A stretch of DNA of 32,832 nucleotides, from assembly GCF_001194135.2 (NCBI RefSeq), contig NC_068985.1:21675237-21708068 (forward strand), written 5' to 3'. The notes beneath the pieces are model-generated. The model was not told where the DNA came from. It saw only the letters and a list, made by a program, of their open reading frames with translations, and did no database searches. The DNA comes from Octopus bimaculoides (Eukaryota). Shown in pieces: positions 1 through 10,681 of the stretch (position 1 is the stretch's first letter; each line of letters opens with the position of its first letter). The translations under genes were made by a program, and so were the position numbers.

Positions 1-30
1 ATAGGTAGATATGTATATGTTCATTCACCG

Positions 31-540
31 TCATCATTATTGTTTAACATCTGTTTTCCATGCTAGCTTGGGTTAGACAGTTTGCAGCTGCACCAGGCTC
101 CAATCTGATCTGGCAAGGTTTCTATAGCTGAATGCCCTTCCTAACGCCAACCACTCTGAGAGTGTAGTGGGTGCTTTTTAAGTGCCACTGGCATGGGAGC
201 CAGTCAGGCGGAATTGGCATCGACCATGTTCAGATGGTGCTATTTATATGCCACCGGTATGGGGAGCCAGTCAGGTGGAACTGGCATCGACTCATGCTTG
301 AATGGTGCTTATTATGTTCCACCAGCACAAGTGCCAGTTAGGTGGCACTGGCATCAGCCACAACTACAATTTCCATTTTGATTTTACTTGACTCAATAGG
401 TCTTTTCAAGCACAGCATATCGCCTGATGATTTAAGGGTACTTTTAAATGGGCTGGTTATGTGACACTGGTATAGGCTACAACTATGATCTCACTTTATT
501 TGCTAGGTCTTCTCAATCACAGCATATCTCCAAAGATCTG
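31..540 (-). mobile_element. 5'-truncated RTE LINE 3' end (3' UTR with three ~66-bp subrepeats)
   Basis: Same tail as 10627-11733 (catcat..tttaacatctgttttccatgct..ggatgcccttcctaacgccaacc) and same ORF-end sequence. Confidence 0.8.
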
Positions 541-692
541 AAGTCTATAATAGAAAGAGGAAGAGAATACTGCATATTTGTAATATAGATTTTTAACATT
601 CACTTAGTTGCCAGAAAGAAGGTCAGGTGAAAATCACAGTTGTGATAGAAGGAATAAATGGTATAGTATAATATAGCATGTCTAAGATGTAT

Positions 693-843
693 GTCCTAGT
701 GGTTAGGGTGGTCATGGTTTCAATTTTCAAACGGGTGGTGCATTGTGCTCTTGAGCAAAACACTTCATTTCACATTGCTCCAGTCCACTCAGCTGTAAAT
801 GGGTAACCCTGCAAAATGGACTGGCGTCCTGTTCAGGAGGAAT
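693..843 (+). mobile_element. tRNA-derived SINE, CORE-like middle (octopus OR2-type, tentative)
   Basis: tagtggttagggtg head; ttgagcaaaacacttcatttcacattgctccagtccactcagctgtaaatgggta shared with 4332-4545. Confidence 0.65.
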
Positions 844-2387
844 GTTGACCTACCTACATTCAGAAGTTAAAACAATGCAAAGAAATGCATTGTGACCATT
901 TGTGTATAACAAGATCTGATAGTCTGGTTGATACAGTGATAATATAGTACAGTGTAACTATACATTTCAAAAATTGATTTCTTTAAAATCAATAGTATTT
1001 ACTAATAAAATGACATAATAATATAATTATAATTGATGTCATTAATTAACTACTGAGAGTTTGATACAGGAGATATTAGACATAAAGGCATCAATTTGAG
1101 TCAAAAAAGAACAATAGACATGCTGATGTGACTTCAATATATCTATTGATTGCTTGCTAAGCAATCACATAAACCTTATGGGTTGCCTATAAAATTTCTA
1201 AAATTTGATACTATAAATTGTAGCTGCTGTTTTAACTGTGTTATGAAGGCTCTGCACTTAGCACTTGCTATTTAGGTCATTCTCCTAATGTCCAACATAA
1301 CAAGATATATTACGTTGGTTCAATGTTTGCAATGAGAAATAACGTCATGAATAAAATTATTTATTTAACTAATGTAAATGTTATTAATGCTGACTGATTG
1401 AAGTATTTAGTTAAACATTTAACTTCCTATCCCCATCCAGATAAAAAAAAAAACGTTGATCTCTATTAACTAAGAACAAATTTCTTAACGTAATTAGAAA
1501 TGATAATTATAATGCCATGATTAGAAATGTATTCTTGTATGTGTGAATGTTTACAATCTGTGCAGACTAAGGCTGCAACTGGTGATGTTTTTTAACCTTT
1601 CCTGTCAACAAATTGCCTGCCAGTGTTCTGCTTTTGAGTTCCTCTGGGAGGGAAAAAAAAAACAAAAACACCCTTACTTGTAAACCAATTAGGATTAACA
1701 AGGAGAACATGTGGTAGTAAAAATGTTCCCTCAGCTCCCTCCCCATCTTACTCATACTAACATGATAAAACTGACATTAAATAAAGAAAGCTGCTTTACC
1801 ATATTTACAAAACTATTTCGCTATTTTGTTTTTAGAGTAAAATGTTGACCATTTCAAAATATTTACTGTTTTGGAAATCAAATGGAATTTATTAGCTGTA
1901 ATATATTTAACTGAATTGAATTTTAGTAATTCCTATATAACATTAGTTGATATTAAATAAGATCAAGAGCAGTTTTTTTACAATGAAAATAAAAAATTTG
2001 CAGGCTTTTCTATTGTAATATGAACTTCTTATTAAGATACAAAATTTCAGTTTTTAATGTGACTGATAAACCAAAAATAAAAAGACAACTGGTCATATTA
2101 AAATATACAAGCTTGTTTGAAATAGTGTTATATGACATTCAAGAACAGAAAAAATAAGCATAAAAGCTTTCTATAAGTCTATTGAACTTAAATTATAAAA
2201 ACTATTGAAACAATCCAAAGGACGAAATGTCTTATGAACTAGTGGCAATGATCTATTCAAGTTATATATTCTTACAATGTACTTGAAAAATGTTATGTAA
2301 TCAAATACCCTCAGCAATAGCTACAGTTGATGAGAGATTGACCCAGCCTAACATTTGAAACTGACTCACCTTGAAAAGTAATACTAA

Positions 2388-2790
2388 TCTTATATATTAA
2401 AAAGCAAGTTGTCTGTGTGTGTGTGTGTGTTGTGTGAACCACTTCTACTCCTACAATTTTCAACCAAATTTCACCAAATTTGACATGTGTGCTCCCTTGA
2501 CTTAGGATGCGTTTTCTTATCCCCCCCCCCCAATTCTGTGCCCCCAACATAAATAGACTACTCTCAATTCGCCTAGGATTTGGTTTGAGCCAGTGAAAAT
2601 GACACACACCCAGCTGGAAAAAATCAATACTTTACTTTGTTAGCTGTGGTGAGCTCTTATCAACTGCTTACACAGTACTGCCAGCAGTATTCATTTGTGA
2701 GTTATGATTTGCATCTGTTTTCACATGAGCGCTCTTTTTGATATAATTATTCCAACTTAAACTAGCCATTTCAAAACTCTTACCCAGCAA
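2388..2790 (+). mobile_element. Non-autonomous Helitron-like element, 3' end cut off by an RTE-tail fragment (2791-2860)
   Basis: A|TC start, tcttatatattaaaaagcaagttgtctgtgtg microsatellite-bearing 5' end resembling 23776; no terminal CTAG. Confidence 0.45.
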
Positions 2791-3133
2791 GGTCAGTTTT
2801 GGCAAGGTTTTTACAGCTGGATGCCCTTCCAAATGCCAACCACTTTACAGTGTGAACTGGACAAGGTTATATTTTAGAGATTAGTTAACGTTCTTTTTAA
2901 AATTGTAGCAGTATCTTACTTTGATAATATGTTTGCATATATGACCTTTCATACACATACAAAAAATGTTAAGCATTAGCAAATGATCTTAACAACATTT
3001 ACAGATCTTACTATTTCTATTTTATTACACTTGTCTATATCTATACTGGTAGGTAACCTATCAATTTATTGAGGTTATTGAAGAATGCTGTAGTATTCCA
3101 AATTGAATGATGAAAACATTTCTTACATAGCTG

Positions 3134-3410
3134 CAGGTATGGCTGTGTGGTTGAGAAGTTTATTTTCCAACACTGTAGTTTCAAGCCCAGCTCAGTCCCT
3201 TGGCATGGCAGCCTGTCATATATGTGTATCATTATTTAACGTCCATTGACAATGCTGGCATGGGTTGGACGGTTTGACCAGGTCTGGTAAGCTGAGGCAC
3301 TGCACCAGACTCTGGTGTGATTTGGCATTGTTTCTATGGCTGGATGCCCTTCCTAATGCCAACCATTCCGAGAGTGTAATGGATGCTATTATGTGCCACC
3401 AGCAGGGGTG
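3134..3410. mobile_element. SINE head fragment (+, 3134-3210) adjoining an RTE-type 3' tail (-, 3228-3410)
   Basis: ggtatggctgtgtggttgagaag A-box head; tttaacgtcc..ggatgcccttcctaatgccaacc tail. Confidence 0.65.
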
Positions 3411-3475
3411 TCAGTCTGCATGACACAAATATATATAGGTAGGAAAAATATGTAATGACTATTAGCTATAACTTG

Positions 3476-3477
<2 letters not shown>

Positions 3478-3507
<30 letters not shown>
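3478..3507. repeat. (TA)n microsatellite
   Basis: Direct reading. Confidence 0.95.
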
Positions 3508-3511
<4 letters not shown>

Positions 3512-3613
3512 CTGTGAATATGTTTTTCGTTCATGTTTGCTGATTTGTAAGCATTAGGTTCCTCAAGCGATGTTGTTTGCTTCCATTTCTCTGCATTAAC
3601 AGTAGACTGGGAG

Positions 3614-3925
3614 TAAGTCCATTTTCCATGCTGGCATGGGTTGGATAACTTGAAAGGAATTGACAAAGCCAGGGGCTGCACCTGGTCCCATAGTCTGTTT
3701 TGGCTTGGTCTCTATGATTGGATGCTCTTCCTAACACCATTCACTCCAGAGTGTACTGGGTGCTTTTTATGTGGCACCATTACCAGTGTTTTCTACACGG
3801 CACCAGCACCAGCGCTTTTTACATGGCGCCAGCACCCATATCAATGCTTTTTATGTGACACCTTGGTTTTAGGATCTCAATTCTGTTGTGGTGGATGGGT
3901 CTTCTTGAATATAGCAATAAGAAAT
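3614..3925 (-). mobile_element. RTE-type 3' tail fragment
   Basis: gtccattttccatgctggcatgggttgga..ggatgctcttcctaacacc. Confidence 0.7.
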
Positions 3926-4331
3926 TGCTGATGATTAAGATGATACTGTAGTTTTTGTTATGTAAAAATAATGAAAAGGTTTTATTTTTAATTTAGATTG
4001 AGGAGGAAGGGTAAGGCTTATATGCTTTACATACCTTTCCAGGCTATGTAAGCTTGATATTAGTTTGTTTGTAAAAGTACCACAAAGTTTTTACATTGTT
4101 TTCTTCAAAGTCTTGTAGAAATACATTGAATCTTTTTTATTTAAAGTGAGATAGAAAAATTAGATGTTTGTGCAAGCATATGCAAACTTGCATGTTTGTC
4201 TATTTGAATAGGTATATTCTGTAATTTTTGTTGTATTGTTATACTTTCAAGTATATATTGTGAGAGCTGCTATAGGACATCCTGATATAATATGGTGCTT
4301 TGTTTCAAGAATTTGATCTGGAATGGATGTG

Positions 4332-4545
4332 AAGGCACATGGTTTTGTGGTTAGGCTGTTGGACTCATGATCGTAACATTGTGGTTTTGATTCTTGAACT
4401 GGACATTGTGTTCTTGAGTAAAACACTTCATTTCATGTTGCTCCAGTCTATGCAGCTGGTAAAAATGAGTAATCCTGCGATGGACCAGTGTTCCATCTAG
4501 GAAGGAGTGCATATGCTGGAGAAACTGAGAAACTGGCTCTGTGCT
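4332..4545 (+). mobile_element. tRNA-derived SINE (same family as 693-843)
   Basis: ggcacatggttttgtggttagg A box, gattc B-box remnant, shared middle domain. Confidence 0.7.
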
Positions 4546-4597
4546 CCTTACAGAGTAAAGTGGACTAACCCATAGATGTATAATTTAAATGCTTGTT

Positions 4598-4935
4598 TTG
4601 TGACCATGTGGTTTCAGGTTCAGTCCCATTGTATTGCACCTTAGGCAACTGTTTTATACTATATCCTTGGGCAAATTAATGCCTTGTGAGTGCATTGATA
4701 GACAGAAACTATGGAAGCCCATCATATATATGTCTTTGTGTGTGTGTCACCCATTCCCACTTCTAGTATTTGTTTACATCTGTGTAACTTAATGGTTTGG
4801 CACAAAAGAAAATCAGTAAAATAATGCCAGACTTTAAAATAATCAGTACCGGGGATGAGTTGTTCAACTAAAACCTATCAAGGTGATGCCCCAGCATGGT
4901 TGCAGTCCAATGACTGAAACAAGTAAAAGATAGAG
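4598..4935 (+). mobile_element. tRNA-derived SINE (OR1-type, tentative), diverged
   Basis: ggttcagtccca..caccttaggcaa..ccagcatggttgcagtccaatgactgaaacaagtaaaag, aligns with 7607-7964. Confidence 0.75.
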
Positions 4936-5120
4936 GCAATATTCATCAGTTATATTGTAGAGTTTGAGTTGTGAGGATCTGTTTCTGTATGGCAGATGTT
5001 GAAATTATTTGGAGATGGTGACAATAGAATTCTAAATTAAATTCTTTGCCAGCCTTAACTTTGCATTTTATCTCTTCTGCATCTCCTAATATAATAATGA
5101 GCGTAGTGTTTTTATATATT

Positions 5121-5164
<44 letters not shown>
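5121..5164. repeat. (TG)n(TA)n compound microsatellite
   Basis: Direct reading. Confidence 0.95.
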
Positions 5165-5166
<2 letters not shown>

Positions 5167-5271
5167 TATATTTGTCCAGAATCACGTCGGACGCAGAGGA
5201 GGAGAGAAAATAGTAATTCAGTGAAGGAAAAGTAGTGAGAGTAATAGCCCTGACTGAGAGGGAGTGAGAGA

Positions 5272-5332
5272 AAGGAAGGAGTGATAGAGGAATAAGGAAG
5301 GAAGGAGTGATAGAGGAATAAGGAAGGAAGGG
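5272..5332. repeat. 26-bp purine-rich tandem duplication
   Basis: gtgatagaggaataaggaagg at 5281 and 5307. Confidence 0.85.
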
Positions 5333-5469
5333 GTGAAAAAAAAAATCAGCATTTCAACTCTGTGAGTATATGTGTGTATGTGTGTACAAAGGAAGTATGT
5401 GAATGTTTGTATGTGTGATTATTATGTACCTTATTTATATATAAAATACTACAATTAGCTGTCATTGTT

Positions 5470-5919
5470 GACGGCACATGGTCAGCTAGTTTATAAAATA
5501 AATACTAATAATATACTGAGTTGAATTTTATTCAACTAACTCTTCTCATAAAAGTGGCTTGTCAAAAAAATCTCATTAAATTTATTTGGTTGACATCACA
5601 AGTCTGCATTAATCGTTAGTGAATTGAGTTTAATGATTTGGATTTGCTTTCTTGTTTATTTCTAAATGCATTCCTTTACTTCTGTCAATTAGCGACACTG
5701 TGAAATTATGAATATCACTGTGCAAAACCGTTTAAGAAAATGTTAGTGACAGTAATGCTTTTAATTGGTCGTTTGCTACTAAGCTGATTATGCAACCCAA
5801 AACCTGTATTCGTTTCAAGTATATCAAACGATCTACTTCTTTGTAATTGCAAACAGTTTCAGTTACTCATGTAGGACAGTGTTATAAGTCAGTGGAGTCT
5901 TGTCAAAATGTTAGAAAAG
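5470..5919 (+). promoter_or_regulatory. Putative NCOA4 promoter and non-coding first exon ending at donor AAG|GTAAGA (5919/5920)
   Basis: The exon at 8733 starts with an acceptor, so an upstream exon is needed. Here there is a strong donor in non-repeat sequence with visibly more CpG than the flanks. Confidence 0.45.
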
Positions 5920-6519
5920 GTAAGATCATAAAAATATTTCACAATTCGTTCGGTTATACACTGTAATATTTCATATTATTAGAAGTTGCATTATAACTCT
6001 GTCAGTTACAAAATCTAAAATAAAGCACTTATAACTTTATTATTTATGTTCACATTGATTGGAAAGAAAATTAATTTTTTGCTTAAACAACAACTATATT
6101 TTTGTTTAAACAAAGCAAACCGTTCAAATATAGAGTATACAAGTTGTTCCCTTTCATATGTATTCTTTAGATTTGTATATTTTGCTTTATTTGAATATAA
6201 ACATCCCTTTTTGCTTTCATCCTTCAAAGTACTGTGGTCAAATTAACCAACTATACTGCTCTTCCCAAATTATTATTTTAATATATATAGATGAGTATAT
6301 ATCTTTATATAACTAACAAATAAAGATATATATTTATTCCATCATGGGTTAATTGTATATTATATTGAGGCATTTTATAGTCATATATGCCTGTCCTGTT
6401 TGCTAACCCTTACCTGTTTTTCAAGTAAGAAATCTTTTATTTTGTACTTCCTTGAAGATTATTTGTTGACAGAGAAAGTAACAACAATACTATTTGTAGC
6501 ACAGATGCACATACACTCA

Positions 6520-7270
6520 CACACAATGGACAGTTTCTATCCACCTTGCTTACTCAGAAGGCTTTAGTCTGGGTTTATACTAGAAGACATTTTCCAAGAT
6601 GTGCAGTCGGACTGAACCCAAAACCATGTATTTGGGAAGCAAACTTCTTAACCACTCAGCTGTGATTGTATTTATCATTATAGTTAACAATTATTGACTT
6701 GTCTAGCAGGTTAGGATATTCTCAATTGTAATAAAACTTAACCAGGATGAATATAATTTATGTGCACACAAAGAAAATTGGATTTAATCATATTATGAAA
6801 TATTACTCATCCTCCATTTAAAAAAAATAGTTAAAAGGATTTTTATTTTGAATGGATTGGATTTTAATGGATAATATTACACCATTACATAACTTCAGTT
6901 CATCTAGATTATAACTAGTCCTTGAATGTAAATCTATATGATGTAATATTATAAGACAAAAATACAGAATAATAATTGCCATTACTCTTTAATGGCGTTT
7001 CTGTTTAGATATCTCTTTTTCTTGTTTTAGTCATTGGACTACAGCTATTGTCGAGCACTGTCTTGACGGGTTTGATCAAACTAATTGACCTCAGTATTTA
7101 TTTTTAAATCTGGTACTTATTCTGTCAGTCTCTTTTACTGAACTGCTAAGTTATAGGAATGTAAACAAACCAACACTGGTTGTCGAGTGGTAATAGGAGG
7201 GGGGGAGGGAAAACGCAAATACACAATCAGGCATATATATTACTTCTTTCAGTTCCTGTCTACCAAATCA
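6520..7270 (-). mobile_element. Two OR1-type SINE fragments in reverse (about 6520-6660 and 7020-7270)
   Basis: Reverse complements of the 7607-7964 head and tail. Confidence 0.6.
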
Positions 7271-7606
7271 AAATTTCTTAGTGTTAAAGGTCAAAAATAA
7301 AATATATTTATAGTCCATTTTTAGTTTTGTATATCCATTTAATAGAAAATCAATAATTTGAGTTTGTAGATCGGTTCTTCAGTGGATAGACCTATGACCA
7401 AAAACATTCAGGCTATGTTCATCTGTCTTGTTAGCAGTGCCTAGAACTACATTATCAATGTGTCCTTTCCTTATTGAAGATGCTATGGTGTGAATTGAGA
7501 AACATTGGGCTGCTACCTCTACAAAGTCCAGTGACTGTATGAAGGCTCCATTTTGGCTTGTAATTCAGATACAACCCAAAAGGGATACTACTTTATACAT
7601 GCAAAT

Positions 7607-7964
7607 TTCCGGGTTCAGTCCCACTGCGTGGCACCTAGGGCAAGTGTCTTCTACTATAGCCTCGGGCCGACCAAAGCCTTGTGAGTGGATTTGGTAGACG
7701 GAAACTGAAAGAAGCCTGTTGTATATAAATGTATATATATATATATGTGTGTGGGTGTTTGTGTGTCTGTGTCTGTCCCCCCAACATTGCTTGACAACCG
7801 ATGCTGGTGTGTTTACGTCGCCGTGACTTAGCGGTTCGGCAAAAGAGGCCGATAGAATAAGTACTAGGCTTCCAAACAATAAGTCCTGGGGTCAATTTGC
7901 TTGACTAAAGGCGGTGCTCCAGCATGGCCGCAGTCAAATGACTGAAACAAAAGAGTAAAAGAGT
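7607..7964 (+). mobile_element. Young OR1-type SINE, 5'-truncated
   Basis: CpG-retaining copy ttccgggttcagtcccactgcgtggcacc..gaaacaaaagagtaaaagagt. Confidence 0.85.
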
Positions 7965-8419
7965 ATATTAAAAGTGAAATATTTAATATATTAATCCAAT
8001 TTTTAAATATCTGTACTTGGATTTAAAAAAAAAAAAATCTTCAAAGCCTTGTGCACAAATGGTTATTAATGAATTTATTCTAAATTTGAGCATGTTTTTG
8101 AGAATGCTCTAAATTTGAGAATTTTTTTTATTAAGTTAGGAATTGAGCATGTAAAGCAAGGTGCAGATTATGCCGATGGGCTGTAATGATTAGCAAAAAG
8201 AAGACAGTAAGAGCTTGTACAGTTAAAGTGTCACTTACTGGTATTTAAGTAATGGTCTAATTTGAAATTACTATTCACATGACATACTATTATGTAAGTG
8301 AAAAATTGGTATTTGTTAGTATCATATATTTGGGTTGATGACACTGTATTCAGCTGGTTTTCCAGAATTATCTGAACTGTTGGCGTTTAATAAATATGAT
8401 AAGGTTATGGGCTGACAAA

Positions 8420-8650
8420 AACTGTTAGCACACTGGCTGAAATGCTTAGTGACATTTCTTTCTGCTTTGTATTCTGAGTTAAAATTTTGCCAAGGTTGAC
8501 TTTACCTTTCATCCTTTTGTGACCAATAAAATAAATATCATTTGAATATTTGAGACCAATAAATAAATATAATTTGAATAGGGTCAGTGTAATTGATTAG
8601 GCCTCCCTCCTCCAAAATTTCAGGCTTTGTATCTATAGTAGAAAGAATTA
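8420..8650 (+). mobile_element. SINE with Deu/Nin-like domain
   Basis: gccaaggttgactttacctttcatcc core, also seen at 12838, 18780, 18960, 19670, 25614, 25778, 27715. Confidence 0.65.
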
Positions 8651-8777
8651 AATAAATGTAATTGAAAAATGTAAGTGATTGCCATTATTCATTGTTTTTT
8701 TAATTAATAATTATATGTTTGTTTTTCTCTAGGTTATTCTTCATTTAAGAGTCCATTGATATTCAAGAATTAACTAA

Positions 8778-8882
8778 ATGGAATTCTCAAATGTTCAGAA
8801 ACAACAGCTTGTAAAGGCCACTCAGGAAAAGTATGCTTTATTTGAAAAAGCTAAGTGTGATCTTTATCAAAACGTTGCTGAG
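8778..8882 (+). CDS. NCOA4: NCOA4 coding exon 1 (MEFSNVQKQQLVKATQEKYALFEKAKCDLYQNVAE); exon begins at 8733 with 45 nt of 5' UTR
   Basis: Acceptor gtttttctctag ends at 8732; in-frame TAA directly before the ATG; donor GTGAGT at 8883. Missed by the ORF track because it is short. Confidence 0.8.
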
Positions 8883-10624
8883 GTGAGTAATGTCTTATAT
8901 TTAAGTAAGCTGATGTGTAAAGTCCTTTGAGCTTGCCTTTTCTTGTATGTTTTGTCACGATCTGGTGGTCATAACCTGAACTCACAGAATCAACGTGGAT
9001 AGGGTGAATTTAAAACAACACACCATGAATTTTTTATAAAATATTATTAATAGTCAACATAAAAACAGCTTACATACAAACAAATATATGCACAAACAGA
9101 CAGCGACTGCTACACCAGACGTGCAGTCAAAAGTTACAAGGGTAACATATATACACAGTTCAGAAGTTTGGACTCCATATCCTGGTTTTTGGTTTCCCCA
9201 AAATTGGCCTCACAGAAATTTGGTCTTTCAAAAATAACATTCCAAAAATTTTCGATTTCATAAAATCCGAATTTCCATTTTTGTACAAATTTGTTTTTTT
9301 AACCTCAGATTTCGACAGTGGATTTCAAACCTTCATAAAATTTGTCTATCAATTTGGTGTTCAACTTTGGGTTTTGAACCTTGGAATGTCATAAAATTTG
9401 TCTATTGATTTGGTGTTCGACCTTGGGTTTTGAACCTTGGATGTCGAACCTTGGACCTAAATATAATTAAATCTAATGTCAAAGCAACCATTTGAACTAA
9501 AAGTTCATGACACAAAATGGCTGCCAGACTATATCAATAATTATAGTTAAAAAAATTAAATAGTCAAACAAAAAGCTAGTTTGCTTTAAATTCACACAAA
9601 ATTGGTTCATACAAGCATGCTGAGTAACCATTAGACAAAATTTACAGTTAATTGTCTAATACAAAAATTTGGCTACATGAAAAAATTAAATTCATACACC
9701 CTTTAGCTATTTATACAAATTTTAAGATTTATCTTAACAGAAAATAGCTAGCAAAATTACTACACAACTTGCCACAAATGCAGAGTTCAAAATTCACATA
9801 AATATTATAACTTAACATAAGAGATTTTTCTTTTGTACTGACCCAGATGTGACACAGAAATTGTCTTAAATTTGACAAAAGTTCTGGTGAATTCCTGAAG
9901 CATAAAATAAATCTATAAATACCTAACACAAAGCACAAAGTGCATAAACTAAACAGGCAATCATAGCTTCCAGAATCCAATTGAATAAAACTGTCACAAA
10001 AACTGGGGGGTAAAATTATCTCTGTTTATAAAGTTTGCCAGGGTGTAGCCAATTTGTCATAGTTTCTGTTTTAGCTAATAACTATAGCGTCCCCCATTTT
10101 AACAATGGACCTCACCCTTACAGCGCAGCATGAAAACTGTTTTCCTGTTTACTTTACATAATAATTTATAATTTCCTAACAGTTTATATATCGGTTGTCT
10201 TTTTCCAGTTAAAATCACAAATCCGCTCACAAATGAGTCGCCTTCTGGAAGCCTTGCAAAACCGAGAACTGCAACTCCTTAATCAGGTGGATATGATCAA
10301 AAGCTCAAAAGAAGAAGTATTACAAAATAAGTTAGCTGCTCTTAATTGTAAGCTTGACAAGTTGCAACATACAGTAAAATGTTCTGATGAAGAAAATTAT
10401 GTTTTGGAGGATAACTTTGAAAGGTGAGTTAATGGTTTTTGAATACAATATAATGTTTATGAAAACAAAAATACAAAAAAATCACGAGAAAACTTGACTT
10501 CATGCTTTCTATTTGCTAATTTTTTTCTCTTTCTTTTGTGTTCAAAGTTCATTGACTTTACTTTTTGCTTCTTTGTTAAGATGTGTACCAGTATGTGTAT
10601 TAGTGTTAGTTTGACTAACTAAAT

Positions 10625-10681
<57 letters not shown>

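Noticed and set aside
182-360. Regularly spaced ~66-bp repeats that look CRISPR-like (also 10842-11090)
   Set aside because: Whole units are homologous with no unique spacers, they lie in a LINE 3' UTR, and there are no cas genes.
1147-1167. Perfect 9-bp hairpin TGATTGCTT-gct-AAGCAATCA
   Set aside because: Isolated and short; expected by chance in 33 kb.
5872-5900. Two CAGTGN loops in the putative NCOA4 5' UTR as iron-responsive elements
   Set aside because: Flanks do not form the 5-bp upper stem with a bulged C.
8335-8416. TGATGA..CTGA as a C/D snoRNA
   Set aside because: No purine before the C box, no terminal stem, and the 3' end abuts a SINE.
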